Source: Planctomycetota bacterium
GTDB taxonomy: Bacteria > Planctomycetota > SZUA-567 > H5-PLA8
Reading direction: 5' to 3'
Assembly (NCBI GenBank): GCA_045863855.1
Contig: BTVV01000045.1
Location: 1 to 44,760, forward strand
Length of the DNA stretch: 44,760 nucleotides
The position numbers were made by a program, and so were the translations under genes. Positions 7,841-18,179 of this stretch are shown piece by piece (within the stretch, counting starts at the first letter, position 1; the number at the start of each line of letters is the position of its first letter). The notes beneath the pieces are model-generated. The model did no database searches and was not told the origin of the DNA. It saw nothing but the letters and a program-made list of their open reading frames with translations.

Positions 7841-10800
7841 TCAGCTTACCTTGACCATCTTCTGTTCCAGCGGGCTTACGCGCTCGTCGGGCGTCAGAAT
7901 GCCCTGCAAATTCAGCGGATCGGCAGCGCTGACCGTGACGGGCGGGCGCGGACCGGCGTTGCGAATTTTGCGCAACACCGCGATGGCGTCGGGCAGCGCG
8001 TATTGCTCGCCGGCAAAGCGGTTCACGAAGCGCCCGCCGCGGACCTCGCCGCGCAGTTCGAGCCGCCGGTACACCTTCAGAATCTCCCACCACGGCAGCG
8101 GAAGTTTCTCGCGTTCGAGCAAACGCTTGAAGACGACGCCCCAGCGCGCGAGCAACTGGCGCGCGACGAACTCGGGGTCCGGCGCGGCCGGATAGTCGCC
8201 GGCTTCGAGGGGGCGGAAGAAGCACCAGCGGCCGGTCCCGCTGACGCCGTGCCTCCGCTGCGAAGGCGGGACCATCAGTGCGCGCAGCCCGCCAAAGCTG
8301 TCGCACGTCACCAGGCCTTGACCGATCAGTTCGGCCAAGCCCCATTCGAAATGCTCGGGCAGCAGTTCGCAGGTTTGCGCGAGTTCCTGCGGAAAGAGCG
8401 CCCCGCGCCTGCGCAGCAGCGCGAAGAGCGTTTTGGCGTAGCTGCCCAGTCCCTCGGCGCCGTCGGCCGCGGGCTTCGCGAGTCCCAGCCACTTGCCGAG
8501 ATCGGCGCGCGGGAGAAGCGCGATCGGCGCGGTCTTGATCGGCCCGTTGCCTTCGCCCCACAGGCGGCCCCAGACGGCGGCGCCGCTGAGCATCCAGGCG
8601 TCGAGCCACTCGCGCGAGTAATTGCGCACGCGCTGGCGCAGCACGAATTTCTCCCACGCCGCGGCCGGCAATTCGTATCCGGCCAATTGCCGGATGACTT
8701 CGGCCACTCCGGGCGGTCCCTCGAGCTGGTAGCCGTCGTCCACGTGCTGCCAGCAAGCCAGGAAGCGCATGAACTCTTCGGCGGAGACGGGCTCGATTTC
8801 CCTGCGCAGGCGGTCGAGCGTGTAGCGGTGGATGCGCGCAAGCAGGCGGCGCTCGCACCAGCCCTGCTTGCCGTCCATGCGCACGCGCAGGACGTGGCCT
8901 TCGTGTTCCAAGGCGAGGAAATCGGTGAGCAGCTCCCGTGGCGCATCGAAGACCGGCCCCAGCGCTTCCATGCGGCCGCGCAGGACTTCCTTCGGTTCGC
9001 GCGTGGCTTCGGCGGCAAAAAAGCGTTCGCCGTCGGGTTGCACCCGGCCCGCGGCGGCCAGTTCGGCGAGCCAATCGGTCCAGCGCCATTGCCGCGCTTC
9101 TTCCGCGGTCGCGTACCCCATCCAGAGCAGCGCCTGATGCAGATCCTCCGCGCTCTCGGGCTGCGGCCATGCCTCTTCCTTCACGCGTGCGACGGCTCCG
9201 GCGTCGAGTTGCCCCACTTCATCGGCGCTGCGCGGATCGAGCCCGCGGCGCTGCACGACCGCTTGCGTGCGGCGTTCTTCGAGCGGCACGTCGTCGAGGA
9301 AGGCGTACGGCGCGGCGTTGAGGATGCCGCGCGCGAAGGCCGACGGCTCAGGCGTATCCACCGCGACGCGCTCGATGCTCCCGTCGCGCAGCCCATGCAG
9401 CACTTCCAGCAAGCCTTCGCAATCGAGGAGTTCGCTAAGGCAGTCGTCGAGCGTCTGCTTCACGAGCGGATGATCGGTGGGGACTTCGAGCGGTCCGGGC
9501 GGCAGGTTTTCGGGGCACGCGGCTACGTTGGGGCAGGCGCGCTGGAGTTCGTCGTCGGCGCGCATGCGCATGAGCGGGGCGGGGACGCGGCGGCCGCCCT
9601 GCTGGCGTTCGACCAAGAGCGCGCGCTGCACGTTCCAGCGCCAGCGCGTCTCGAACTGTCCGCCGGTCAGTACCGCCTGTTCGAGCACCTGCTTGGCGGT
9701 GTTCGGATGCAGGAAGTCGAAGACCGTTTCCAGTTCGAAGCTGTTGGTCGGCGCGAGGGAGAGGAGCAGCGCGTCTTCGTTGGCGGCGGCCTGGAGTTCG
9801 AAACCGAAGCCGCGGCAGAAGCGCTTACGCAGCGCCAGCCCCCACGCGCGCATAATCCGTCCGCCGAATGGCGCGTGAATCACGAGCTGCTGCCCGCCGC
9901 TTTCGTCGAAGAAACGCTCGGCGATGACGCGGCGGCGCGTGGGCACCGCGCCGAGAACGCGCTTACCTTCGGCGAGGTACTCGAGAATCTGGCGCGCCCC
10001 GAACTCGGGCAATGCGGCTTCCCGCATCAGTCCTTCGACATCCAGCGCCGTCTCGCGCAGCCGGCCGACTTCCTCCGAGAGTTCTTTCGTGCGCGCGAGG
10101 GACTCGCCGAGCCAGAAGGGGATCGTGGGCGGCGAGCCCTGCGCGTCGGCCACGCGCAGCATGCCGGCGCGGGATTCGACCTTCAGCACGCGCCAGCTCG
10201 CGTTGCCGAGCTGGAAGATGTCACCGGCGTTGGACTCGATCGCGAAGTCTTCGTTCACGGTGCCGACGAAGACTTCCCCGGGCTCCTGGAACACGCGGTA
10301 GTCGGCCTGGTCGGGAATTGCACCGCCGCAGGTAATCGCGGTGAGCCGCGCGCGCTTAGTCGCACGGACCTTGCGGTTTACACCGTCACGGTGCAGCAGC
10401 GCCGCTCGGCCCTGCGTGTGCAGCTTCAGGATGCCGTCGAATTCTTCGGTGCTTAGTTCGCGGTACGGCCAAGCACGTTTGAAGGTCTGGTACAGCTCGT
10501 CTTCGTCCCACGTTTCGCTGACGCACGCGGCGACCACCTGCTGCGCGAGGATGTCGAGGGGCTTGACGGGCTGCGGCGTGGGATCGAGTTCGCCGCGGCG
10601 GACGGCCTGGATCAGCGCGGCGCTCTCGACAAGTTCGTCGACGGTGAGCGGAAAGATCCGCCCCTTGGGTACGCGGCCGACCCCGTGTCCGGCTCGCCCT
10701 ACGCGTTGCAGAAAGGTGGCGATGGCGCGCGGACTGCCGATCTGGATCGCCAGGTCCACGTCGCCGATGTCGATGCCCAGTTCCAGCGATGCGGTGGCGA

Positions 10801-11755
10801 CCAACGCGCGGAGCTTCCCGGCTTTGAGGCGCTGTTCGGCGTCGAGGCGGTGTTCGCGCGAGAGGCTGCCGTGATGGCACGTGACGAGGTCCTTGCCCAC
10901 GCGGTCGCTCAGGCGCGCGGCCAGGCGTTCGGCCAGTTTACGCGTGCCGACGAAGATCAACGTGGTGCGATGCGCGCCGATCAGTTCGACGATGCGCGCG
11001 TAGATCTCGTCCCATTGCTCGTGGCTGCAGACCGGGGCCAGCGGCGAAGGGGGAATCTCGACGCCCAAGTCGAGTTGGCGCAGGTGCCCGCCGTCCACGA
11101 TCGTGCACTCGCGTCCCGCGCCCACCAGAAAGTTCGCGATCGCTTCCAGCGGCTTCTGGGTCGCCGAAAGCCCGATGCGTTGCACCGGGCCGGCCAGCGC
11201 TTCCAAGCGCTCGAGCGAAAGCGCCAGATGGCTGCCGCGCTTGTCCCGCGCCAGCGCGTGAATCTCGTCGACGATCGCGGTCTTGACCGTGCGCAGCATG
11301 CGCCGGCCGCCTTCGGTCGTGAGCAGAATGTAGAGGCTCTCGGGCGTCGTGACCAATATGTGCGGCGGGCGCTTCGTCATCGCGGCGCGGTCTTTTGCCG
11401 GCGTGTCGCCTGTGCGCACCAGCACGCGGACTTCGGGCAGGAAGAGGTCTTCGGCGGAAAGCTGTTCCAGCGGCTGCTGCAGATTCTTCTGGATGTCGTT
11501 ACTCAGCGCCTTGAGCGGGCTGACGTAGAGCACTTGCGTCGATTCAGGCAGGCTCGGCCCCTGGCGGAGAAGCTCATCGAGCGCGATGAGGAAGGCCGCG
11601 AGCGTCTTACCGCTTCCCGTCGGCGCGGCGATCAGAGTGTGCTTTCCGGCGCGGATCGCCGGCCAGCCTTCGCGCTGCGGCGGCGTGGGCTCGCCCAGGT
11701 TCGTCTCGAACCAGCCGCGAACGGTCGGGTGAAAGGCGTCCAGCACCATGGCCAC
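7841..11755 (-). CDS. lhr: Lhr family ATP-dependent SF2 helicase with C-terminal domain
   Basis: APTGSGKT, YVSPLKALSND, DEIHA, GLSAT, HHGSLS, LELGID, QRVGRAGH, GGAIPD, and C-terminal RGGRFV...GEQYA. Confidence 0.92.
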   Translation of the reverse strand: MAMVLDAFHPTVRGWFETNLGEPTPPQREGWPAIRAGKHTLIAAPTGSGKTLAAFLIALDELLRQGPSLPESTQVLYVSPLKALSNDIQKNLQQPLEQLSAEDLFLPEVRVLVRTGDTPAKDRAAMTKRPPHILVTTPESLYILLTTEGGRRMLRTVKTAIVDEIHALARDKRGSHLALSLERLEALAGPVQRIGLSATQKPLEAIANFLVGAGRECTIVDGGHLRQLDLGVEIPPSPLAPVCSHEQWDEIYARIVELIGAHRTTLIFVGTRKLAERLAARLSDRVGKDLVTCHHGSLSREHRLDAEQRLKAGKLRALVATASLELGIDIGDVDLAIQIGSPRAIATFLQRVGRAGHGVGRVPKGRIFPLTVDELVESAALIQAVRRGELDPTPQPVKPLDILAQQVVAACVSETWDEDELYQTFKRAWPYRELSTEEFDGILKLHTQGRAALLHRDGVNRKVRATKRARLTAITCGGAIPDQADYRVFQEPGEVFVGTVNEDFAIESNAGDIFQLGNASWRVLKVESRAGMLRVADAQGSPPTIPFWLGESLARTKELSEEVGRLRETALDVEGLMREAALPEFGARQILEYLAEGKRVLGAVPTRRRVIAERFFDESGGQQLVIHAPFGGRIMRAWGLALRKRFCRGFGFELQAAANEDALLLSLAPTNSFELETVFDFLHPNTAKQVLEQAVLTGGQFETRWRWNVQRALLVERQQGGRRVPAPLMRMRADDELQRACPNVAACPENLPPGPLEVPTDHPLVKQTLDDCLSELLDCEGLLEVLHGLRDGSIERVAVDTPEPSAFARGILNAAPYAFLDDVPLEERRTQAVVQRRGLDPRSADEVGQLDAGAVARVKEEAWPQPESAEDLHQALLWMGYATAEEARQWRWTDWLAELAAAGRVQPDGERFFAAEATREPKEVLRGRMEALGPVFDAPRELLTDFLALEHEGHVLRVRMDGKQGWCERRLLARIHRYTLDRLRREIEPVSAEEFMRFLACWQHVDDGYQLEGPPGVAEVIRQLAGYELPAAAWEKFVLRQRVRNYSREWLDAWMLSGAAVWGRLWGEGNGPIKTAPIALLPRADLGKWLGLAKPAADGAEGLGSYAKTLFALLRRRGALFPQELAQTCELLPEHFEWGLAELIGQGLVTCDSFGGLRALMVPPSQRRHGVSGTGRWCFFRPLEAGDYPAAPDPEFVARQLLARWGVVFKRLLEREKLPLPWWEILKVYRRLELRGEVRGGRFVNRFAGEQYALPDAIAVLRKIRNAGPRPPVTVSAADPLNLQGILTPDERVSPLEQKMVKVS

Positions 11756-11957
11756 ACCTTAGCAATATATTTGGGTAGTGCCAGTGATCTAGCAACGGAA
11801 AAACCCAGTATCGATACCGGCCCGCTCCAGAACCTTTTAAAGCGAAAACACGCAAGAAACACCCGGTGAAGGCAAGATCGTCATGGCCGAACTGTCGGCG
11901 CTGCGGAGTAGCCAATGCTATGAACCTGTTCCAAGGGCTCCCGGGGTGCTGATTCCG

Positions 11958-12842
11958 ATGAAGACAATCCTGTTCCTGTTCGCTTGCGGTTGGGCGTTAT
12001 GCACCAGCCGTGCATTCGCGGCCGAAGAGTTGAAGCTTCTGCTGCTGGGCGATTCGATCACTCTAGGCATGAACCAACCGGCCCTATTGAGCGACCTCAA
12101 GGCGCAACTTGAAGCAGGCACGGGGCCGGGGCTGACGTGGTCGATCGTATGCAGCGGCGTAGGCGGCGAGACCGCACGGAACGGGCGCAAACGTGTCAAG
12201 GCGCTGCTGGACCAGCATCGGCCGCAGTACGTCTCGATCGCGTACGGTTGCAACGACATGTACTACACAGAGGCTAAGAAGAAGGCGGAGGCGTTCCGCC
12301 CGGATCTCGAAGCCTTGCTCGCGGAAATACAGGGCCACGCCTGCAAGCCGGTGGTGCTGCTGCGAACGTGCACGCCGATCGTGGACGAAAAGCATCAATT
12401 CCGCAACGATCCCGATTACACCGCGGCCGGCGGTATGAACGCTTACCTCGACCGGCGCATCAATCCGCAGACGCGGGCGATCGGGCACGAAAAGCAGCTC
12501 GCGTTCGTGGATGCGCATCGCATTTTCCGCGCGCAAGATCCAAGCAAGTTGATTCGCGCCGACGGCATCCACCTAACGCCCGAAGGCAACAAGCTGCTCG
12601 CGCAATCCATCGCCGCGCCCCTGGCGGCGCTGGTTCGTGCGCAGCGGTTGAAGCAGTCGGAAGCGCTCGCGAACGCGAAGAAAGCCGCCGACCTGTTGGG
12701 GCAGGCGCGCGCCGCGTATTCCAACGGTGCGGCGGGCGCCGAGAAAGCCAAAGCGCTCTTGAACGAAGCGGCGCGCACCTGCTCGTACCTCGCCGAGACG
12801 TACGTCCTGCTGGATGCGCTAGAGCAACCCGCCAAGCCGTGA
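11958..12842 (+). CDS. Secreted SGNH/GDSL hydrolase
   Basis: Signal peptide, then GDSIT, GVGGET, GCND, DGIH blocks. Confidence 0.88.
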   Translation: MKTILFLFACGWALCTSRAFAAEELKLLLLGDSITLGMNQPALLSDLKAQLEAGTGPGLTWSIVCSGVGGETARNGRKRVKALLDQHRPQYVSIAYGCNDMYYTEAKKKAEAFRPDLEALLAEIQGHACKPVVLLRTCTPIVDEKHQFRNDPDYTAAGGMNAYLDRRINPQTRAIGHEKQLAFVDAHRIFRAQDPSKLIRADGIHLTPEGNKLLAQSIAAPLAALVRAQRLKQSEALANAKKAADLLGQARAAYSNGAAGAEKAKALLNEAARTCSYLAETYVLLDALEQPAKP

Positions 12843-12978
12843 CCGCATCGCGCACCGGTGCGTGAACGAACGCGCCGAATTCCGCGCTTCGCCGTGAACC
12901 TATCCCTTCGCTTCGCGTTTAGCGCCACCGTCAGAGGGACGGGTCGGCGACCCGAGGCAATCAAGAGGGAGTCGGATC

Positions 12979-14529
12979 ATGAGCCAGCACGTACAGCCGG
13001 TCTTCGAAGAAGAGTACGCGGACGAAAGCGGCGTTGAGGTTGCGCCGGCAGGCATGCTGGACGGCCTGTCGCAGCAGTTCGGCGCCGCACCGTGGTGGGT
13101 GGTGAGCGGAAGTTTCCACGCACTCCTGTTGCTGTTGATCACCTTGATCGGCATGGCGGTTTTCCGGGCTAATCCGGCGGAAGCGATTTACACGGTGGAG
13201 ATCAAGCAAGACGAGCCGCCGAAGTACGAAGAGAAGAAGCTGACGCACGTCTTCGAGCAGCCCGTTCCGGTGGAGGTGAACCTGCCGCCGGTGGAACAGC
13301 AGGTGGTGTACCACGAGTTTGTCGAACCTTCGGAGTTCGTCGAGACGGAAGACGACGCGCAGGAACACGCCGCTCGGGGCGACGAGAAGGCCATCTCGGA
13401 CGTGGATTTCAAGGGCATTTCGATCAGCGCCTCGATCGGCGTGGGCGGACCTTCGGGCGGGATGCACGGCACGCGCGAAGTGGGCATGCGCCGTCGGATG
13501 TTGCATGAAGGCGGCGGTCCGCCGGGGACGGAATCGGCGGTGTTGAAGGCGCTGGATTGGCTGGCCCGGCATCAGGAAGCGGACGGGCATTGGGACACGA
13601 TGAAGTACGAAGCGCGCTACAAGACCGATACCGCGGTCACGGGCTTCGCGTTGCTGGCGTTCCTGGGATACGGGCACACCGAGCGCGTAGGCAAATACAA
13701 GGATACGGTCAAGCGCGCGACACGCTGGTTGATCTCCAAGCAGCAGACCAACGGGCTGGTCTTCGACAGCACCGACGCGGGCGGGCACCGCGGCGTGGGC
13801 TATCCGCACGCCATCGCCGGTATGGCGCTGGCCGAGGCCGCGGGCATGGGTGCGCCGGATGACGTGAAGAAGGCCGCACAGAAGGCCGTGGACTACAGCA
13901 TCGACGCGCACCAGCAGGGCGACGGTTCCGATAAACTCGGCTGGCGCTACCAGGCCAAGCAGGCCGCGGACCTTTCCGTCACCGGCTGGTACGTGATGCA
14001 GCTCAAGAGCGCCGTGATGGGCAAGTTGAGCGTCGATCCGGCGGCCTTCGAAGGAGCGCTGAAGTTCCTCGACAGCGTGGAGAAGAAAGTGGAAGGCAGC
14101 GAGTACGGCGCAAGCGTGTACCACTACCAGCCCGGCAACCCGCACGAGCATACCGCGCACCGGCTGACGGCCATCGGCACGCTATGCCGGCAGTTCATGG
14201 GCTTCAAAATGGAAGAGCTGCAAGGCAGCGTGGATTGGTTCGTCGAAAAGGGCGGGGTGCCGGAGTGGGGCGCGACCGGCGACCGGGTCGATCTCTACTA
14301 CTGGTACTACGGCACGCTCTGCGCGCATCAGCAGGCCGGCGCCGTCTGGAAGCGCTGGAACGATGCGATGATCAAGGCTCTGTGCGACAATCAGCGCAAG
14401 GGCGGCGACGAGGATGGCAGTTGGGATCCGTGTGGCGCGTACAGCGGCGAGTGGGGCCGCGCCGGCCAGACCGCGCTGGGCGCGCTGTGCCTGGAAGTCT
14501 ATTACCGCTACCACCGGCACCATCGCTGA
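12979..14529 (+). CDS. Membrane-anchored prenyltransferase/squalene-cyclase-repeat (alpha/alpha barrel) protein
   Basis: TM segment (WWVVSGSFHALLLLL) and QW-like repeats ALDWLARHQEADGHW, WLISKQQTNG, GWRY, YYWYYGT, DGSWDP, LCLEVYYRY. Confidence 0.85.
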   Translation: MSQHVQPVFEEEYADESGVEVAPAGMLDGLSQQFGAAPWWVVSGSFHALLLLLITLIGMAVFRANPAEAIYTVEIKQDEPPKYEEKKLTHVFEQPVPVEVNLPPVEQQVVYHEFVEPSEFVETEDDAQEHAARGDEKAISDVDFKGISISASIGVGGPSGGMHGTREVGMRRRMLHEGGGPPGTESAVLKALDWLARHQEADGHWDTMKYEARYKTDTAVTGFALLAFLGYGHTERVGKYKDTVKRATRWLISKQQTNGLVFDSTDAGGHRGVGYPHAIAGMALAEAAGMGAPDDVKKAAQKAVDYSIDAHQQGDGSDKLGWRYQAKQAADLSVTGWYVMQLKSAVMGKLSVDPAAFEGALKFLDSVEKKVEGSEYGASVYHYQPGNPHEHTAHRLTAIGTLCRQFMGFKMEELQGSVDWFVEKGGVPEWGATGDRVDLYYWYYGTLCAHQQAGAVWKRWNDAMIKALCDNQRKGGDEDGSWDPCGAYSGEWGRAGQTALGALCLEVYYRYHRHHR

Positions 14530-14549
14530 ACGAGCAATGCGGCAGGCAG

Positions 14550-14585
14550 AAAAAAAGCGGCCGGCCCTCGACAGGGCCGGCCGCT
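14550..14585 (-). terminator. Intrinsic terminator between convergent genes
   Basis: 13-bp stem AGCGGCCGGCCCT/AGGGCCGGCCGCT. The A7 tract on its left reads as a U-tail on the minus strand. Confidence 0.85.
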
Positions 14586-14607
14586 CGATTTTACAGGTGC
14601 GCGAACG

Positions 14608-15045
14608 TTACTTCGCGTTGACTTCGGCCGCGGGCTGAACGACGGCTTCGGCGTTCGGCGCGTCCTTCGCCTTCGCTTCGAGCAGCGTCGGGCAGCACGC
14701 CTTGACTTCGGCTTCGGAGCAGCAGGCCGAGCCGGCTTCCTTCGTCGTGCAGGCCGTCGCCGTAGCGCAGCAACCTTCCGCTTTCTTCTCGGCCGTGGCC
14801 GACGCGCAGCACGAGCCCGTGGGCTCCTGGACGGCCTCCTTCTGGCTCGAGCAGCACCCGCCAGGAGATTCCGTGACGGCGGCAGCTTTGGTGGACGGAC
14901 AGCAGCTTCCGGCTTCCTTCTTTTCCGGCGTCGTCAGCGCGCCCGGGGCGGCTGTCGGCGCGTCGGTCTGCGTCAGGCTGTAGACAATCCCCACGCCCGC
15001 CGCGGCAATGGCCAGCAGGACTACCAAGGTCATCGTTTCTTTCAT
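14608..15045 (-). CDS. Membrane-anchored or secreted protein with six Cys-Cys pairs
   Basis: GGGAGAGG RBS, hydrophobic N-terminus, repeats GSCC, GGCC, GSCC, EGCC, SACC, KACC, own terminator. Confidence 0.75.
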   Translation of the reverse strand: MKETMTLVVLLAIAAAGVGIVYSLTQTDAPTAAPGALTTPEKKEAGSCCPSTKAAAVTESPGGCCSSQKEAVQEPTGSCCASATAEKKAEGCCATATACTTKEAGSACCSEAEVKACCPTLLEAKAKDAPNAEAVVQPAAEVNAK

Positions 15046-15213
15046 CGGGTTTTCCTCTCCCAGTGTATGCACCGAATAACAACCGGCCCCATTAACGTCC
15101 AAACTTGGGACGGCGTCAAGAGGTTCTGCTTCGAAGGAAACTGAGTTGCCTTGTACCGCCGATTGGATCGTTTAGCGTTAGGAGTTCGGTTGACCTACTC
15201 TAAGGAGTGTGCG

Positions 15214-16875
15214 ATGCGGCGTTTAGCCACTTGTGTTCTGTTCGGTTGTCTCGTGCTGGGCGTGGCGGGATCGGCTAAGGCCGAGGTTAAGCTCGCGCGC
15301 GTTTTCGGCGAGCATATGGTGCTTCAGCGGGATATCAAAGTCCCGGTCTGGGGTACGGCTACGGCTGGAGAAGAGGTTTCGGTCATCTTTAATGGCCAGA
15401 CGGTAAAGGCCAAGGCCGATGAGCACGGGCGCTGGAAAGCGATTTTGGAGCCGATGGCCGCGGGTGGCCCTTTCGAGATGACCGTGCAGGCCGGTAACAC
15501 GCTAAGCCTGAAAGACGTGCTGGTGGGCGAGGTCTGGGTGGCTTCGGGCCAGTCGAACATGGAGTGGGTGGTCAAGAACTCGCGCGATTCGGGGGAAGAG
15601 ATCAAGACCGCGGAGTTCCCGCAAATCCGCATGTTTACGGTGAAGAAGAAGGTTTCGATGGAGCCGCTTACGGACTGCGAAGGTACTTGGCAGGTTTGCA
15701 GTCCGCAGACGGTGAGTGCGTTCTCGGCGGTGGGGTACTTCTTCGCGCGGGATCTTCATGCGCAGCTCAAGGTGCCGGTGGGCGTGATTCACACCAGTTG
15801 GGGCGGCACCCCGGCGCAGGCTTGGACGCGCAAGGAGACGCTGGCGAACGATCCGGACTTGAAGACGTATGTCGAACGCCTGGAGAAGGCGCTGCTCGAG
15901 TATCCCAAGATAAAGGCCGACTTCGACGAGAAGATGAAGTCTTGGGTCGAAGCAGACAAGAAGGCCAAGGAAGCTAAGGAAAAGTCTCCGCCTAAGCCCC
16001 GCGGTCCGATGGGCCCTGACCATCCGCACAGCGCCGCCGGACTCTATAACGGCATGATTGCGCCGCTGATTCCGTACGCGATCAAAGGCGCGATCTGGTA
16101 CCAGGGCGAATCGAACGCAGGCGAGGCCGACCGCTACGCCAAACTCTTCCCTGCCTTGATCCGGAATTGGCGGGAAGACTGGGCGCAGGGCGATTTCCCC
16201 TTCCTGTTCGTGCAGTTGGCCGGCTACATGAAGCGCATGGATCAGCCCACCGACGACGATTGGCCGCGCCTGCGCGAGAGCCAGACGAAGACCCTGGCGC
16301 TGCCGAATACCGGTATGGCCGTGGCCATCGACATCGGCGAAGAGAACGATATCCATCCGAAGAACAAGCAGGATGTGGGCAAGCGCCTGGCGTTGGCGGC
16401 GCGGAAGGTGGCCTATGGCGAGGAACTGGTCTTCAGCGGTCCGCTGTACGAGAAGGCCGAGTTCGCGGATGGCGCGGTGAGGGTCAGCTTCACGCATGTG
16501 GGCGGCGGTTTGACGGCGAAGGACGGCGACACGGTCAAGGGCTTCTCCGTCGCAGGCGAAGACAAGAAGTGGGTTTGGGCGCAGGCGAAAATCGACGGGT
16601 CCGGCGTCCTGGTCAGCAGCCCCGAGGTGGCCACGCCGGTGGCGGTGCGCTACGCTTGGGCCAATACTCCGGATGCGAATCTGTACAATAAGGAAGGGCT
16701 GCCCGCGGTGCCGTTCCGCAGCGACGACTGGCCCAAGGCGGCGCCGCCTCCGAAGCCGAAGCCGGATGCTCCGCCGGCGGCCAAGACGGCCGAGCCGAAA
16801 ACCGGACAGCCCGCGGAAAGCAAGACGGACGAAGCGCCGAAACCAGTCAAGCCCCCCGCGCCGCCGACCGAGTGA
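15214..16875 (+). CDS. Sialate O-acetylesterase family protein
   Basis: Signal peptide, GEVWVASGQSNM, WGGT, WYQGESN, DIHPKNK, VRYAW, PFRSD, and a Pro/Lys-rich tail. Confidence 0.92.
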   Translation: MRRLATCVLFGCLVLGVAGSAKAEVKLARVFGEHMVLQRDIKVPVWGTATAGEEVSVIFNGQTVKAKADEHGRWKAILEPMAAGGPFEMTVQAGNTLSLKDVLVGEVWVASGQSNMEWVVKNSRDSGEEIKTAEFPQIRMFTVKKKVSMEPLTDCEGTWQVCSPQTVSAFSAVGYFFARDLHAQLKVPVGVIHTSWGGTPAQAWTRKETLANDPDLKTYVERLEKALLEYPKIKADFDEKMKSWVEADKKAKEAKEKSPPKPRGPMGPDHPHSAAGLYNGMIAPLIPYAIKGAIWYQGESNAGEADRYAKLFPALIRNWREDWAQGDFPFLFVQLAGYMKRMDQPTDDDWPRLRESQTKTLALPNTGMAVAIDIGEENDIHPKNKQDVGKRLALAARKVAYGEELVFSGPLYEKAEFADGAVRVSFTHVGGGLTAKDGDTVKGFSVAGEDKKWVWAQAKIDGSGVLVSSPEVATPVAVRYAWANTPDANLYNKEGLPAVPFRSDDWPKAAPPPKPKPDAPPAAKTAEPKTGQPAESKTDEAPKPVKPPAPPTE

Positions 16876-16920
16876 CGCCGATTCAGGCACCGGGACGAAC
16901 ACCTTGAGGATCTGGCTCGC

Positions 16921-18081
16921 ATGCGCATCGCACTTTTCTCCTGGGAATCCCTGGATGCGGTGATTGTCGGCGGCGTGGGCGTGCACGTCAGCGAACTGGC
17001 GCGCGCGCTGGCCCGTCGCGATCACGAAGTTCATCTGTTCACGGGCACCACGCGCGGCGACCAGCAGCACTACGAACGCGTGGACGACGTGTTCGTCCAT
17101 CGCTGCGGCTACGAACGGCATAACGATTTTCTCTACGAAATGTGGAACATGTGCCGCAGTTTCGAGCACCACTTCTTCACGACGCGCGCGTTGACGGGCG
17201 AGTTCGACATCATTCACGCGCACGACTGGATGACCGCCGAAGTCATTTCGCTCATTCGAGGGCAGTGCACTGCCAAGAAGGTACTGACGATCCACTCGAC
17301 CGAGTTCGGGCGGTGCGGAAACAGAAATCACGGCGGTCCCAGCGAGACCGTGAGGCACGCGGAATGGCAGGGCATCTACCTTGCCGAGCGCGTCATCTGC
17401 GTCAGCCAGGCCCTGAAGAACGAGATCGGCTGGCTGTACCAGGCGCCGGCCGACAAGGTCGCGGTGGTCTACAACGGCGTGCGCCCCGAGCGCTTCGATT
17501 TCGAGACCGACCTTGGAGAAATTAAACTCGGGCTGGGCATCCACCCGCTGGCGCCGACGTTTCTCTTTGCCGGGCGCATCGTGTACCAGAAAGGCGTCGA
17601 TCTGCTGATCGACGCGATTCCCAGCGTGCTTAAGCATGTGCCCACCGCGATGTTCGTCTTCGCCGGCGACGGGGAGATGCGCTGGGACCTGGAAGCGCGC
17701 ACGCGCTCGACGGGGTTGGAACACAACACGCGCTGGCTGGGCAAGGTGGAGCCCGACCGGCTGCGCGCCTATTTCAAAGCCTGCGACGCGGTGGTGGTTC
17801 CGAGCCGCAACGAGCCCTTCGGCATCGTGATTCTCGAAGCGTGGTCGGCCAAGAAACCGGTGGTGGCGACCAAGAACGGCGGGCCGGGGGAATTCGTCGA
17901 CCACGGCGTCGACGGGTTCTCGATTTTCGATACGCCCGAGTCGATCGCCTGGGGCATCGGTAACGTCATGGTCGATTGGACCAAGAGCAAGCAGATGGGC
18001 TTGAACGGGCGCAAGAAAGTGGAAGCGGCCTTCACGTGGGACCGAATCGCCAGCCAGGTCGAAGATATCTACCGCACCTGA
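16921..18081 (+). CDS. Glycosyltransferase family 4
   Basis: GGVGVHV, HAHDW, TIHSTE, GRIVYQKG, PSRNEPFGIVILEAW. Confidence 0.92.
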   Translation: MRIALFSWESLDAVIVGGVGVHVSELARALARRDHEVHLFTGTTRGDQQHYERVDDVFVHRCGYERHNDFLYEMWNMCRSFEHHFFTTRALTGEFDIIHAHDWMTAEVISLIRGQCTAKKVLTIHSTEFGRCGNRNHGGPSETVRHAEWQGIYLAERVICVSQALKNEIGWLYQAPADKVAVVYNGVRPERFDFETDLGEIKLGLGIHPLAPTFLFAGRIVYQKGVDLLIDAIPSVLKHVPTAMFVFAGDGEMRWDLEARTRSTGLEHNTRWLGKVEPDRLRAYFKACDAVVVPSRNEPFGIVILEAWSAKKPVVATKNGGPGEFVDHGVDGFSIFDTPESIAWGIGNVMVDWTKSKQMGLNGRKKVEAAFTWDRIASQVEDIYRT

Positions 18082-18179
18082 CGCGCCGGGCGGACGGTTC
18101 TTTTTCGCGCTCCATGGCAGTATGTTGGATTGAACGGTTATCCGAGCCGGTGCGGCGTCACGCGTGGAGCGCGCGGTTT

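Noticed and set aside
7502..10456. Long antisense ORFs (984 aa here; also 15502-17904, 25730-28171, 31704-34502, 42281-44392)
   Set aside because: Shadow ORFs opposite well-supported genes, expected in GC-rich DNA. No motifs recognised.
12979..14529. True squalene-hopene cyclase
   Set aside because: Single barrel with a TM anchor and no DxDD catalytic motif.
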